DNA of 61,756 bases, the filler included. It is 4 parts of 4 records of this genome, joined end to end, with 100 filler letters (N's around TTAATTAATTAA, not from the genome) between each part and the next. Parts side by side here need not be neighbours in the genome. Positions count along the whole stretch, not along the records: positions 1 to 16,820 come from SRR31156797_207; positions 16,921 to 32,393 come from SRR31156797_220; 2 more parts are not named here. One strand, given 5' to 3'. How positions within the stretch are numbered: the first letter of the stretch is position 1; each line of letters starts with the position of its first letter. Made by a program: the position numbers and the translations under genes. The notes under the pieces are model-generated. The model ran no database searches and was not told the origin of the DNA. It was given only the letters and a program-made list of their open reading frames with translations. Positions 15,812 to 24,993 of the stretch are shown one piece after another.

Positions 15812-16771
15812 TTGTCTTTCGAACTTCTCTGGGACGGGTTAGGCTGGCCCCTGATCCGGCTTTTGTTATTTATTAGCCTCGGCCTGCTGGTCGGCAATAT
15901 TGTTGAGGGATTACGTTGGACTCGGGCCATGGGTCGACTGGCAAATCCGCTTATCCGGGCCGGAAGGCTTAAGGATATCAGTGGAGCCAGTTTTGCTCTG
16001 GCCTTTTTTTCCGGCGTTGCCGCAAATTCAATGCTCTCCGAGGCTTATGAAAAAGGGGAGATCAATGACCGCGAACTGGTCATCTCCAACCTTTTCAATA
16101 GCTTGCCTACTTATTTTCTGCATATGCCCACGGTCTTTTTTATTGCCGCACCGTTTATCGGCCATGTGGCTTTTACTTATGTGGGGTTGACCTTGCTGGC
16201 GGCCTTTGTGCGTACTGGGGCTATTGTGCTCTGGGGCCGTTTTTCACTGCCTGCAGAAGGTGGGTGCGGAAATGTTGCCGAGCGGCTCAAGGGGCAGGAA
16301 GCAAAATCGTTTCGTGAGGTCTTGGATAAAGCGTTCAAGCGGCTAAAACGCAGATTGCCTAAGGTGGTCTACCTGACCATTCCTATTTACACAGCTTTCT
16401 TTTTTCTGCGCCATTACGGTCTTTTTACAGATTTCCAGAGCTATTTGAGTGAGCATCTTTCCTTTCTTTCGTGGCTTGATCCACAGGTTTTCGGTATCAT
16501 TGCTTTTAGCCTCGCAGCCGAGTTCACTGCCGGACTTGCAGCCGCAGGTTCTCTGCTTGGGAGTGGGGCTATTGACCCCCGGGGAATCGTATTGGCCCTT
16601 ATTATCGGTAACCTGCTTTCCACCCCGGTGCGTGCTCTGCGTCATCAACTTCCATATTATGCGGGAATCTTTCGCGGTAAAATGGCCTTGAAGCTCATTG
16701 TGTATAATCAGGGATTGCGCGCGGCCAGCCTTGTGCTGGTGGGTAGCATTTATTTTGTGCTGACCATGTAG
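15812..16771 (+). CDS. polytopic membrane protein (nucleoside-recognition/gate-domain-like)
   Basis: Multiple TM helices; AFFSGVAANSML and RALRHQLPYYAGIF motifs. Confidence 0.7.
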   Translation: MSFELLWDGLGWPLIRLLLFISLGLLVGNIVEGLRWTRAMGRLANPLIRAGRLKDISGASFALAFFSGVAANSMLSEAYEKGEINDRELVISNLFNSLPTYFLHMPTVFFIAAPFIGHVAFTYVGLTLLAAFVRTGAIVLWGRFSLPAEGGCGNVAERLKGQEAKSFREVLDKAFKRLKRRLPKVVYLTIPIYTAFFFLRHYGLFTDFQSYLSEHLSFLSWLDPQVFGIIAFSLAAEFTAGLAAAGSLLGSGAIDPRGIVLALIIGNLLSTPVRALRHQLPYYAGIFRGKMALKLIVYNQGLRAASLVLVGSIYFVLTM

Positions 16772-16798
16772 ATTCCGTTTTTACGACAATAAAAAAGG

Positions 16799-16820
16799 TA
16801 AGGATGCTTAAGCATCCTTA
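16799..16820. terminator. palindrome, probable terminator cut by the contig end
   Basis: TAAGGATGCTTAAGCATCCTTA perfect palindrome preceded by an A-tract. Confidence 0.55.
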
Positions 16821-16920
16821 NNNNNNNNNNNNNNNNNNNNNNNNNNNNNNNNNNNNNNNNNNNNTTAATTAATTAANNNNNNNNNNNNNNNNNNNNNNNN
16901 NNNNNNNNNNNNNNNNNNNN
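16821..16920. other. artificial contig spacer
   Basis: N44-TTAATTAATTAA-N44 (stops in all six frames). Confidence 0.98.
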
Positions 16921-16922
16921 CC

Positions 16923-17009
16923 TACATCCTGACCATCGTCCTGACCCTGGCCAGGAAGAACTTCAACGTTCCCTCCAAGCTGGGGATCCCCTATATCAAG
17001 GGGAGCTGA
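16923..17009 (+). CDS. C-terminal fragment of a nucleoside/sugar ABC permease (5' truncated)
   Basis: Translates YILTIVLTLARKNFNVPSKLGIPYIKGS*, matching the PY..T...L...P..LG.PY end typical of these permeases. Confidence 0.65.
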   Translation, partial: YILTIVLTLARKNFNVPSKLGIPYIKGS

Positions 17010-17046
17010 GGCTCTTAAGAGAGTAAAATTCATTCTATTTATTCGG

Positions 17047-17146
17047 GCACATTTTCGTCCCTGCGGAACGAAAACCACGCTTTCCGGGGGTTCCGTCCGG
17101 CCGTGAACGGCCGGACAGCCTTCGGCTCCCCTTCAATCGCTTGTGC
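17047..17146. repeat. multi-hairpin structured intergenic element (REP/MITE-like or ncRNA)
   Basis: Stems TTTTCGT/ACGAAAA, GTCCGGCCGT/ACGGCCGGAC, AGCC/GGCT, GGGG/CCCC, closed by GCACA/TGTGC. Confidence 0.5.
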
Positions 17147-17203
17147 GGTAAATACGGAGTCATTAACGGAAAAGCTATCAAAATCAATCGTGGATAAGCA
17201 ACA

Positions 17204-17253
17204 AATACCATGTAATTTTAGTTTTTTAAACTAAAATTACATGGTATTATAGT
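17204..17253 (+). promoter_or_regulatory. perfect 21-bp inverted repeat abutting a -10 box
   Basis: AATACCATGTAATTTTAGTTT-TTT-AAACTAAAATTACATGGTATT (17204-17248); TATAGT at 17248-17253, 6 nt before the ATG. Confidence 0.75.
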
Positions 17254-17259
17254 TTTACG

Positions 17260-18405
17260 ATGGAATATTACACAAGGTTGTTGAAACTTACAGAAGAAAA
17301 AACCTTTTTTCTCTGGGGACCGAGACAATCCGGGAAGTCCACACTGTTAAAGCACTGTTTTCCCGATGCTTTCTGGATTGATTTACTGTTACCGGACGTA
17401 TATAGAACCTATCTGACAACCCCGGAACAGTTAATAGAAGAAATAAATCTAAGCAAAGCTGATTTCGTTGTGATTGATGAAATTCAGAAACTTCCCGAGC
17501 TGCTTGATACCGTACATTGGCTGATTGAAAACAAAGCTATAAAATTCGCTTTATGCGGATCCAGTGCCAGGAAGGTGCGTTACGGACATGCGAATTTATT
17601 GGGCGGTCGAGGGCTTAGATGTGAGTTATTCGGTTTATCAGCCAGGGAAATCGGCGGAAAGCTGGATTTTCTAAAACTGTTGAATAACGGTTATATTCCC
17701 CCGGTCTACTGCAGCCGCAATCCTCGGAGACTGCTGAATGCCTATGTTGCACAGTACTTAAAAGAAGAAATTGCAGCTGAAGGTTTAGTGAGAAACCTTC
17801 CTGTGTTTTCAGAATTCCTTAATATAGCCTCCCTTTCTGATACTGAATTACTGAACTTCACTACGATAGCCCGGGATATCGGTGTGGCAAGTTCAACAGT
17901 TAAAGGCTATTTCGAGATTCTGTCCGATACGCTTCTGGGAAGATTCCTGCCTTCATATAGAAAGCGTCCGAAGAGGCGTATAACCAACATGCCCAAGTTT
18001 TATTTTTTTGACGTCGGTGTCGTTAATTTTCTCGCAAAGAGAGGGGATATACAGTTTAATTCGGAAATGATAGGCAAAGCCTTTGAAAACTGGGTATTCC
18101 ATGAGCTATGCTGTTACAATTCCTATCAAGAAAGATTCGCAGACTTTTACTACTGGCGATTATCAACCGGAGTCGAAGTGGATTTTATAGTTAACCATAT
18201 TGACTGTGCGATTGAAGTGAAATCATCAGAGCGGATAAAACCTCACCATCTGAAGGGCTTAAGAGAGCTGAAAAAGGACCATCCCGAAGTAAAGAAATCC
18301 ATTATCGTATCCATGGATCAACATGACAGGAAAACCGATGACGGGATAGAGATTTTGCATTACCTAACTTTTATAGACCACTTGTGGGGTGGTCTTCTTT
18401 TTTGA
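17260..18405 (+). CDS. AAA+ ATPase with DUF4143 / PD-(D/E)XK-like C-terminus (COG1373-type)
   Basis: GPRQSGKS Walker A, VVIDEIQ Walker B, GSS, LLGGR, KFYFFDVG, GKAFEN, EVDFIV..AIEVK. Confidence 0.92.
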   Translation: MEYYTRLLKLTEEKTFFLWGPRQSGKSTLLKHCFPDAFWIDLLLPDVYRTYLTTPEQLIEEINLSKADFVVIDEIQKLPELLDTVHWLIENKAIKFALCGSSARKVRYGHANLLGGRGLRCELFGLSAREIGGKLDFLKLLNNGYIPPVYCSRNPRRLLNAYVAQYLKEEIAAEGLVRNLPVFSEFLNIASLSDTELLNFTTIARDIGVASSTVKGYFEILSDTLLGRFLPSYRKRPKRRITNMPKFYFFDVGVVNFLAKRGDIQFNSEMIGKAFENWVFHELCCYNSYQERFADFYYWRLSTGVEVDFIVNHIDCAIEVKSSERIKPHHLKGLRELKKDHPEVKKSIIVSMDQHDRKTDDGIEILHYLTFIDHLWGGLLF

Positions 18406-18648
18406 TGCAGAAAACGAATCAGGCCATCTAGAACTCTATCCCAATGGCCAAGCTCATCACAGTAATTGCTTAGTATCAAAAGCCGTTCTGCTTCGAAGTT
18501 ATTTTTAAATTCCCCATTCTCCGCCAGGCGGATATCCTTTTAACTTCAGCCTGCGACTCAGATCATAAGTGTTTTTCATGACCACTATCGAATAGGACAT
18601 AATGGAAACCAGTAGGGTAACACTTAAAGCGAGACCGGGCAACAAAGA

Positions 18649-18677
18649 GCGGAGCCCCCGTATCCCGGGGGCTCCGC
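18649..18677 (-). terminator. terminator of the monosaccharide ABC operon
   Basis: 12-bp stem GCGGAGCCCCCG/CGGGGGCTCCGC followed by TCTTTGTT on the minus strand. Confidence 0.75.
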
Positions 18678-18704
18678 GAAAGAAGAATTATATGAAAAAA
18701 CGCT

Positions 18705-19688
18705 CTAGCTTTTTGATCTGACCGTGTCCATAACCCTCTTGGCCATGCCTTCCCACTCCAGCTTCTGCCCCAGAACGGCGAAGATGATGATCGTACCTTT
18801 CACGATCATCTGGTTATAGCCGGGGATGTTTCTCAGGTTCATAAAGTTGGAGATCATCCCCAGGATCAGAACCCCCATAACGGTCTGCCAGGCGGAGCCC
18901 TTTCCGCCGGTCAGGGAGACGCCGCCGACCACACAGGCCGCGATAACGTCCAGTTCGAACCCCTCCGCCAGTACGGGGGAACCGACGCCGCTTCTGGCAG
19001 AGGCGATGATACCGCCGATGGCCGTCGCGATCCCGGCCAGCACGTAGACGCTGAAGATATAGCCCTTCGTGTTGATACCGGCGAAGCGGGCGGCCTCCTC
19101 ATTGGAACCGATGGCCCGTATCAGCCTGCCGTAGACCGTATAGCGCAACAGTATGGTCACGATAACAAAGGTCACCAGCATGATATAGAAGGGCACGGGG
19201 ATACCCAGCAGCCTGGACTCTCCGATGGCGTCCACGATGGGAGAGTTCTCGATGACGATGGGCTTGCCCTTTACGAAATTCAGAGCGATACCGCGGCCGA
19301 CGGTCATCATCGCCAGAGTGGCGACGAAGGGAGCGATGTTGGCCCTGGAGACCAGGATGCCCACGATAGCCCCGAGGCCGACGGACACGGCGATGGCCAC
19401 CACAAGCCCCAGACCGAAGCCGTGGCTCATGCAGAAGTGGGCGAAGAACACCGAAGCGACGGCCATGATAGATCCTACAGACAGGTCTATGCCGCCTGTC
19501 AGCAGGATCAGAAGCAGACCGAGGGAGACGACGCCCAGGGTTGACACCTGACGGGCGATGTTCAGCAGGTTTCTTCTGGAGAAGAAGTTGTCCGTCATAA
19601 AGAATGCCAGAAGCAGCATAATGACGAAGACGATCACGGTATTGTATTTCTTCAGAAACCGGGAAATCTTTATCAATAAGTTATCCAT
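18705..19688 (-). CDS. monosaccharide ABC permease (RbsC family)
   Basis: GGIDLSVG, PFVATL, GRLIRAIGSNEEAARFAGI, ELDVIAACVVGG. Confidence 0.95.
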   Translation of the reverse strand: MDNLLIKISRFLKKYNTVIVFVIMLLLAFFMTDNFFSRRNLLNIARQVSTLGVVSLGLLLILLTGGIDLSVGSIMAVASVFFAHFCMSHGFGLGLVVAIAVSVGLGAIVGILVSRANIAPFVATLAMMTVGRGIALNFVKGKPIVIENSPIVDAIGESRLLGIPVPFYIMLVTFVIVTILLRYTVYGRLIRAIGSNEEAARFAGINTKGYIFSVYVLAGIATAIGGIIASARSGVGSPVLAEGFELDVIAACVVGGVSLTGGKGSAWQTVMGVLILGMISNFMNLRNIPGYNQMIVKGTIIIFAVLGQKLEWEGMAKRVMDTVRSKS

Positions 19689-19710
19689 AGTCCTTTCCTT
19701 AAATCATTTT

Positions 19711-21198
19711 TTATACGGCAAGAGACAGTATCTTGTGCTCGTCAAGCTCGTCCCTTTCCAGTATGGACACAAGTTTTCCATGGGCCATTACACCGACGCG
19801 GTCGCAGATCCCGATGATCTCCGGCAGTTCGGATGAGATCACAATGATGACCTTTCCCTGAGCCGCCATCTGATTAATCAGCTTATAGATCTCGGCTTTG
19901 GCTCCCACGTCCACACCTCGCGTGGGCTCGTCAAAGATGACGATCTGGGGGTCCGTCAGGTTCCACTTGACGATGGAGACCCTCTGCTGGTTCCCCCCGC
20001 TGAGGGAGTTCACCGGATCGGAGAGCTTGCCGTACTTCGTATTGAACTCGGCCAGCCCCTCCTTCGCCAGCCGGCTGTCCCTTTTTCCGGAAATCAGTCC
20101 GAAGGCGTTGGAGATTTTCTTCCGTACCCCGATGGTGCTGTTGTCCTGGATCGGGAGCTCCACGAAAAGCCCTTGCTCCTTACGGTTCTCGGGCACGAAA
20201 CCGAAGCCGTTGCCGATGGCATCGGCCAGAGACCTGTTCTGAATCTCTTTGCCCTGGAGGGATACGGTACCGGAGTCGAAGTGTTCCAGGCCGCAGATAG
20301 TCTTGACCAGACGGCTTCTGCCGCTGCCGACCAGCCCCGCCAGCCCGAATATTTCCCCCTTCCTTACGGAAAAGGATATATTGTCCAAACGATTCTTCGT
20401 CGTTATGTTTTCAATGGTCAGATAGTCTTCGCCGATGGAACTCTTGTCCTTGGGGGGATACAGATCTCCCAGCTCACGGCCTATCATCTTGGCGATCACA
20501 TCGTCCCGGGACGAGGCAGAGGGATCCAGATCCCCCATGCTCACGCCGTCCTTGAGGACCGTTATTCTGTCGGAGATTTCAAAAATCTCCTCCATTCTGT
20601 GTGAGATATAAACGATGCTGACGCCCTTCTCTTTCAGCATCCGTATGATTTTGAAGAGTTTTTTTACATCCTCCTGAGACAGGACGGCCGTGGGCTCATC
20701 CAGAATCAGAATCTTTGAATCGTAAACCAGAGCCTTGATAATCTCTATATGCTGCTGGAAGGCTACGCTCAGGTCTCCGGCCATGGTATTGGGTGAAATG
20801 TTCACGCCGAAATCATCCAGAAGCCTCTCAGCCTTCTCCCTCATCTCCTTCCACTGGACGAATCCCTTGTTGGCGGGCAGAGAACCGAGAAAGATATTCT
20901 CCATAACCGTAAGGTCGTTGGCGATTGCCAGTTCCTGATAGATGATGCTGATTCCCAGCTCTTTGCCGTGGTGGGGATTCCTGATTCTGGCGGGAGCTCC
21001 GTCAATAAAGATCTCTCCGTGATCCTTCTGATAGACGCCGGACAGGATCTTCATCAAGGTGGACTTACCCGCTCCGTTCTCCCCGACCAGAGAGAGAACC
21101 TCTCCCTTCTTCAGCGAGAGGTTAACGTCGGAGAGAGCATGGATACCTCCGAAGACCTTCACGATCCCCTTCATTTCCAATATGTTTTCTGTACTCAT
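19711..21198 (-). CDS. monosaccharide ABC ATPase (RbsA/MglA family, two NBDs)
   Basis: GENGAGKS, ILDEPT, ISH; second half LSGGNQQ, DEPTRGVDVGAK. Confidence 0.96.
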   Translation of the reverse strand: MSTENILEMKGIVKVFGGIHALSDVNLSLKKGEVLSLVGENGAGKSTLMKILSGVYQKDHGEIFIDGAPARIRNPHHGKELGISIIYQELAIANDLTVMENIFLGSLPANKGFVQWKEMREKAERLLDDFGVNISPNTMAGDLSVAFQQHIEIIKALVYDSKILILDEPTAVLSQEDVKKLFKIIRMLKEKGVSIVYISHRMEEIFEISDRITVLKDGVSMGDLDPSASSRDDVIAKMIGRELGDLYPPKDKSSIGEDYLTIENITTKNRLDNISFSVRKGEIFGLAGLVGSGRSRLVKTICGLEHFDSGTVSLQGKEIQNRSLADAIGNGFGFVPENRKEQGLFVELPIQDNSTIGVRKKISNAFGLISGKRDSRLAKEGLAEFNTKYGKLSDPVNSLSGGNQQRVSIVKWNLTDPQIVIFDEPTRGVDVGAKAEIYKLINQMAAQGKVIIVISSELPEIIGICDRVGVMAHGKLVSILERDELDEHKILSLAV

Positions 21199-21266
21199 AT
21201 GTTACCTTCCGAACAGTCGCCCGCCCCCCCTGAGGGAGCGGGCGCTGCTGAGTGTTTTAAAGGAGA

Positions 21267-22283
21267 TTAGAATCCTCTGGAGTAATAGTCCGCAACGTTA
21301 TCCGCGGTGATGACACCGGCGCTGATGGGATTCATGCGGGGGAAGTTGGTTTTTCCGCCCAGGTACTCAATGCCGACTTCCACAGCCTTCTCACCCATAA
21401 GGAAGGGATTGTTCAAGGCGGTGGCGAACAGGTCTCCCGACTTGATGGCGTCGTAGGCCTGTTTGTTACCGTCGTAACCTACGACGACGACATCGTTCAG
21501 CTTGTTAGCCTGCTTCAGAACCCTGATAGCCCCCAGAGCCATGGAGTCATTCTCGGCAAAGACAACATTGATATCGGGATATCCGGCCAGAGCGTCTTCC
21601 ATGGCCTTAACGCCTCCCTGCTCATCCCAACCGCCCCAGAGCTGGGTTACGATTTCGTAATCGGAAACATTGTTAAGCTGAAGCTGAGCCTCGACAAGAC
21701 CGGCAAAAAGTCCCGTTCTACGGGCCTTTCCTACGGGATTCCCCTGTCTGCCGCTGATAACGGCCATCTTGATCTGGGTGGAGCCCATCTTCTCGGCCAG
21801 AACCTGTCCCAGACCGGCACCGTTATTGGGGTTGTCCGCCAGGACCTGAGAAACGATATCGGCGCCTTCGTCGATCATGCTGTCTACAACGACGACGGGA
21901 ATACCTTCGGCTGTGGCTTCCTTGGTCAGACGGTTCAGAGACGCGGGCTCAAGGGGATTCAGGATAAGGATGTCTACGCCCTGGGTCAGCAGGTCTTCCA
22001 CATCGCTGATCTGCTTCTGGAAATCCATCTGAGCATCGGGTCCGATAAAGGTCATACCGGCTTTCTCGGTTTCGGCCTTGATGGTCTCATAAAGGGCACC
22101 GTAGTAGGGACCGTTCAGAGTATAGGCGGAGTAACCGACCTTTTTACCTTCCAGGCTGGTAGAAGCGGAAGCCTCGCTCTTCTTCTCGGCGGGAGCCGAG
22201 GCTGCGGAATCATTGCTGCATCCGACCAGCAGAACACCAGCCATTACACATACACTCAGACAAAGTTTAAACAAACGTTTCAT
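21267..22283 (-). CDS. monosaccharide ABC substrate-binding lipoprotein (RbsB family)
   Basis: LVGC lipobox; QISDVEDL, GIPVVVVD, AENDSMALGA, VGYDG. Confidence 0.93.
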   Translation of the reverse strand: MKRLFKLCLSVCVMAGVLLVGCSNDSAASAPAEKKSEASASTSLEGKKVGYSAYTLNGPYYGALYETIKAETEKAGMTFIGPDAQMDFQKQISDVEDLLTQGVDILILNPLEPASLNRLTKEATAEGIPVVVVDSMIDEGADIVSQVLADNPNNGAGLGQVLAEKMGSTQIKMAVISGRQGNPVGKARRTGLFAGLVEAQLQLNNVSDYEIVTQLWGGWDEQGGVKAMEDALAGYPDINVVFAENDSMALGAIRVLKQANKLNDVVVVGYDGNKQAYDAIKSGDLFATALNNPFLMGEKAVEVGIEYLGGKTNFPRMNPISAGVITADNVADYYSRGF

Positions 22284-22379
22284 TATTTTTCCTCCAATTT
22301 AATGATAAACGAATTCACGATTTCTAATCTCAGCATTTTTCAATCAGATAAGCTCAGATCTCTATTCCATTCACCTCCT

Positions 22380-23369
22380 TTATGGAATAACCATTACCTT
22401 AAGGGCCTTATCAAGCTGCTTCCGTCCCCCAATATACTCAACGAAATCCTGAAGAGTTATGGAATGGGAGACCAGCGGCCTGACGTCCTCCCCGAAGGTC
22501 TTAACAAAATCAATGGCCTTGTAGCTGTCTTTCAGGGATGTGAACGACCCGATCAACTCGATCTCCTCCCGGAAAACGTAATAATGATCAATGCTGATCT
22601 CCTCTCCCTCTTTGGGGACTCCGAAGAGGAGGAGCTGTCCCTGGCTGACCAGTTTCCTGACGGCGTATTTCTGGATGGAAGAGACACCGGTGGCATCGAT
22701 GACGATGTCGTACTCCCTGGGAACGGCGTCCAGGCTGTCGAAGCAGCGTCCCAGGCTCAGGCTCTCGGCTCCGGAACGTCTGAACTCATCCAGTTCGACG
22801 AAATCGATCCTGGTGGCTCCGCGTTTTCCAATGGTCACACCGTGAAGGAGACCTATGGGTCCGGCGCCTACGATCAGGATCCTGCTGCCCTGACGGATCT
22901 TCAGGCGGTCCTGACTGTGGATGACGCAGGAAAGGGGCTCCATCAAAGCACCTAGCTCAAAGTCGAGATCACCGATGTCGAAGACCCCCCGTTCCCGGAC
23001 AAGGACATGATCGGCCATTCCGCCGGGCTGGTTCACGCCGGGGACCTCCATGTTCTCGCAATAGTGATGCTTGTTGCTCAGACAGGCTTCGCAGTTGTTA
23101 CAGGGGACGTTGGGCTCTACGGCCACACGCATTCCCACGCGGATCCTCCCGCACTCGGGTCCGACGGCGACGACCTCTCCGGCAAACTCATGGCCGGGAA
23201 TAACGGGATAGGCCGGGGCAAAGCCCCCATGAAAGATATGGACATCCGTACCGCAGACACCGCTTGCTTTCACACGGATGCATACCTGATCCGCCCTAGG
23301 CTCGGGCATATCGGTTTCGGTCAGAATAATCTGTTCCGGTTTCTCAATTAAGGCAGACTGCACCTTCAA
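22380..23369 (-). CDS. zinc-dependent alcohol/polyol dehydrogenase (MDR family)
   Basis: CGTDVH, GHE, CxxCxxCx7C, EPLSC, GAGPIG; AGGAGG RBS before TTG 23369. Confidence 0.92.
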   Translation of the reverse strand: MKVQSALIEKPEQIILTETDMPEPRADQVCIRVKASGVCGTDVHIFHGGFAPAYPVIPGHEFAGEVVAVGPECGRIRVGMRVAVEPNVPCNNCEACLSNKHHYCENMEVPGVNQPGGMADHVLVRERGVFDIGDLDFELGALMEPLSCVIHSQDRLKIRQGSRILIVGAGPIGLLHGVTIGKRGATRIDFVELDEFRRSGAESLSLGRCFDSLDAVPREYDIVIDATGVSSIQKYAVRKLVSQGQLLLFGVPKEGEEISIDHYYVFREEIELIGSFTSLKDSYKAIDFVKTFGEDVRPLVSHSITLQDFVEYIGGRKQLDKALKVMVIP

Positions 23370-23465
23370 AATGAACTTCCTCCTCTCTTCTCTGCACCGG
23401 GATTGATAAGGTCCCGATCCTGCAGCCGCGGCACAATGTCTCATGCCCCTGCTGCCCATCTATAT

Positions 23466-23481
23466 TGCAAAGGCTGTACCA
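23466..23481 (-). promoter_or_regulatory. sigma54 (-24/-12) promoter of the dehydrogenase-ABC operon
   Basis: Minus strand reads TGGTACAGCCTTTGCA, fitting TGGYACR-N4-TTGCW. Confidence 0.85.
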
Positions 23482-23615
23482 AATATCAATTTATTTTCAG
23501 ATTCCTCCGCAAGCGAAGGCACTATTTCTCGGCATTTACTGGATTTACATTTTTTTAATCCGGCCAGAACTTTTTCTTTTCAGATACTCCAAACAGTGTT
23601 ACAGTGAAACAAAAG

Positions 23616-23634
23616 TGTCTCATCAAGTGAGACA
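23616..23634. promoter_or_regulatory. putative enhancer (UAS) for the sigma54 activator
   Basis: Perfect inverted repeat TGTCTCA-N5-TGAGACA ~135 bp upstream of the -24 element; extra half-sites nearby. Confidence 0.65.
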
Positions 23635-23656
23635 GATATGTATCAAGAGACAGAAA

Positions 23657-24988
23657 ATGAGACAAAACATCCTTATCATAGACGACCAGGAGATGCACAA
23701 CAGCTCCCTGACAAGACTGCTCAAAATCAGAGGTTATAACGCCGTCAGCGCCCTGAACAGCCGGGAGGCCTATGAGGTTCTGAAGAGAGAGAAGATCGAC
23801 CTGATCCTCCTGGATATCATGCTGGGGGATGAATCTGGCATGGACCTGCTCGTACGGCTGAAAGGGGACTTCGGCCAGATCCCCGTCATCATGATCACCG
23901 CCTACGGCACCATCTCCACGGCGGTAGTCTCCCTCCAGTCGGGGGCGGTGGACTATATACAAAAACCCATATCCATAGAGCATCTGATCGATCTGATCGA
24001 GAGGTACTGCAACGACAACGACTCCCACTCCCGGCTTCAGGAGTACTTCTCCCGCTCCCACGGCATCATCACCCAGAACAGGAAGATGCTGGCCCTTCTG
24101 GAAAAGGCGACCCTCTACGCCGCCACAGACCTGCCCGCTCTGATCAACGGGGAAAGCGGAACGGGTAAGGAGCTGTTCGCTGAATTCATTCACTCCAACT
24201 CGGACAGAAAGGGACTGGAACTGGAGAAGATCAACTGCGCCGCCTTCCCCGAGTCCCTGCTGGATAACGAGCTCTTCGGTCATGACAGAGGGGCCTTCAC
24301 CGGAGCGGACAAGCAGTACAAGGGGATCTTCGAGCGCTCCCACAACAGCTCCCTCTTTCTGGATGAGCTGGGGGATATGTCCATGAACCTGCAAGCCAAG
24401 ATCCTCAGGGCCATTCAGAACAGGGAGCTGCGCCGCATAGGCGGCAAACAGATCATCAGCATCGACGTACGCTTTATCGCGGCGACCAACAAGGACCTCT
24501 ACACCCTGGTTCAGCAGAAGGCCTTCCGGGAGGACCTCTTCTACAGGCTGAACACGGGGATCTTCACCATCCCCCCCTTGAGGGAACGGATGGACGACAT
24601 CCCCCTTCTGGTTCCTTCTATCGTGGACCAATACAACGAACAATACGGAAAGCAGATTTCCATCAACGAGAACCTTTACGGCCGGCTGATGAAGTACGAC
24701 TGGCCGGGGAATATCCGGGAACTGATCAACACGATCAAGTACACATGCGCCACCTCTCCCGGTGAGAAGATCTCGGCGGACAGCCTTCCCGACACGATCA
24801 ACAGCGGGGTGATCCTTTCCGAACACGATGTCCCAGCAACCGATCCGATTATAGATAAGGAGAGGATCGTGCTGGCCCTCGAGAAATATAACTTCAACAA
24901 GATAGATACCGCCCGGGCCCTGGGTATGAGCCGTGCCACCCTCTACCGCAAGATGGGCCGCTACCATATCAGCGCGAGGAAGGCCTGA
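23657..24988 (+). CDS. NtrC-family sigma54-dependent response regulator
   Basis: REC domain (IIDD, LLD, MITAYG, KP), GESGTGKE, GAFTGA, LFLDE, REDLFYRL, WPGNIREL, Fis HTH (ATLYRK). Confidence 0.96.
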   Translation: MRQNILIIDDQEMHNSSLTRLLKIRGYNAVSALNSREAYEVLKREKIDLILLDIMLGDESGMDLLVRLKGDFGQIPVIMITAYGTISTAVVSLQSGAVDYIQKPISIEHLIDLIERYCNDNDSHSRLQEYFSRSHGIITQNRKMLALLEKATLYAATDLPALINGESGTGKELFAEFIHSNSDRKGLELEKINCAAFPESLLDNELFGHDRGAFTGADKQYKGIFERSHNSSLFLDELGDMSMNLQAKILRAIQNRELRRIGGKQIISIDVRFIAATNKDLYTLVQQKAFREDLFYRLNTGIFTIPPLRERMDDIPLLVPSIVDQYNEQYGKQISINENLYGRLMKYDWPGNIRELINTIKYTCATSPGEKISADSLPDTINSGVILSEHDVPATDPIIDKERIVLALEKYNFNKIDTARALGMSRATLYRKMGRYHISARKA

Positions 24989-24993
24989 GCATC

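Noticed and set aside
16865-16876. TTAATTAATTAA as a biological repeat (also at 32438 and 52251)
   Set aside because: Always centred in N44 runs: a six-frame-stop linker. ORFs crossing it (16869..17078, 52255..52461 and the tail of 49980..52262) are artefacts.
18406-18640. Possible gene remnant downstream of the DUF4143 ATPase
   Set aside because: Only a ~31-codon minus-strand frame with no recognisable motif.
23555-24967. 470-aa antisense ORF over the sigma54 regulator
   Set aside because: Shadow frame caused by high third-position GC; no motifs, and the opposite strand holds a complete known gene.
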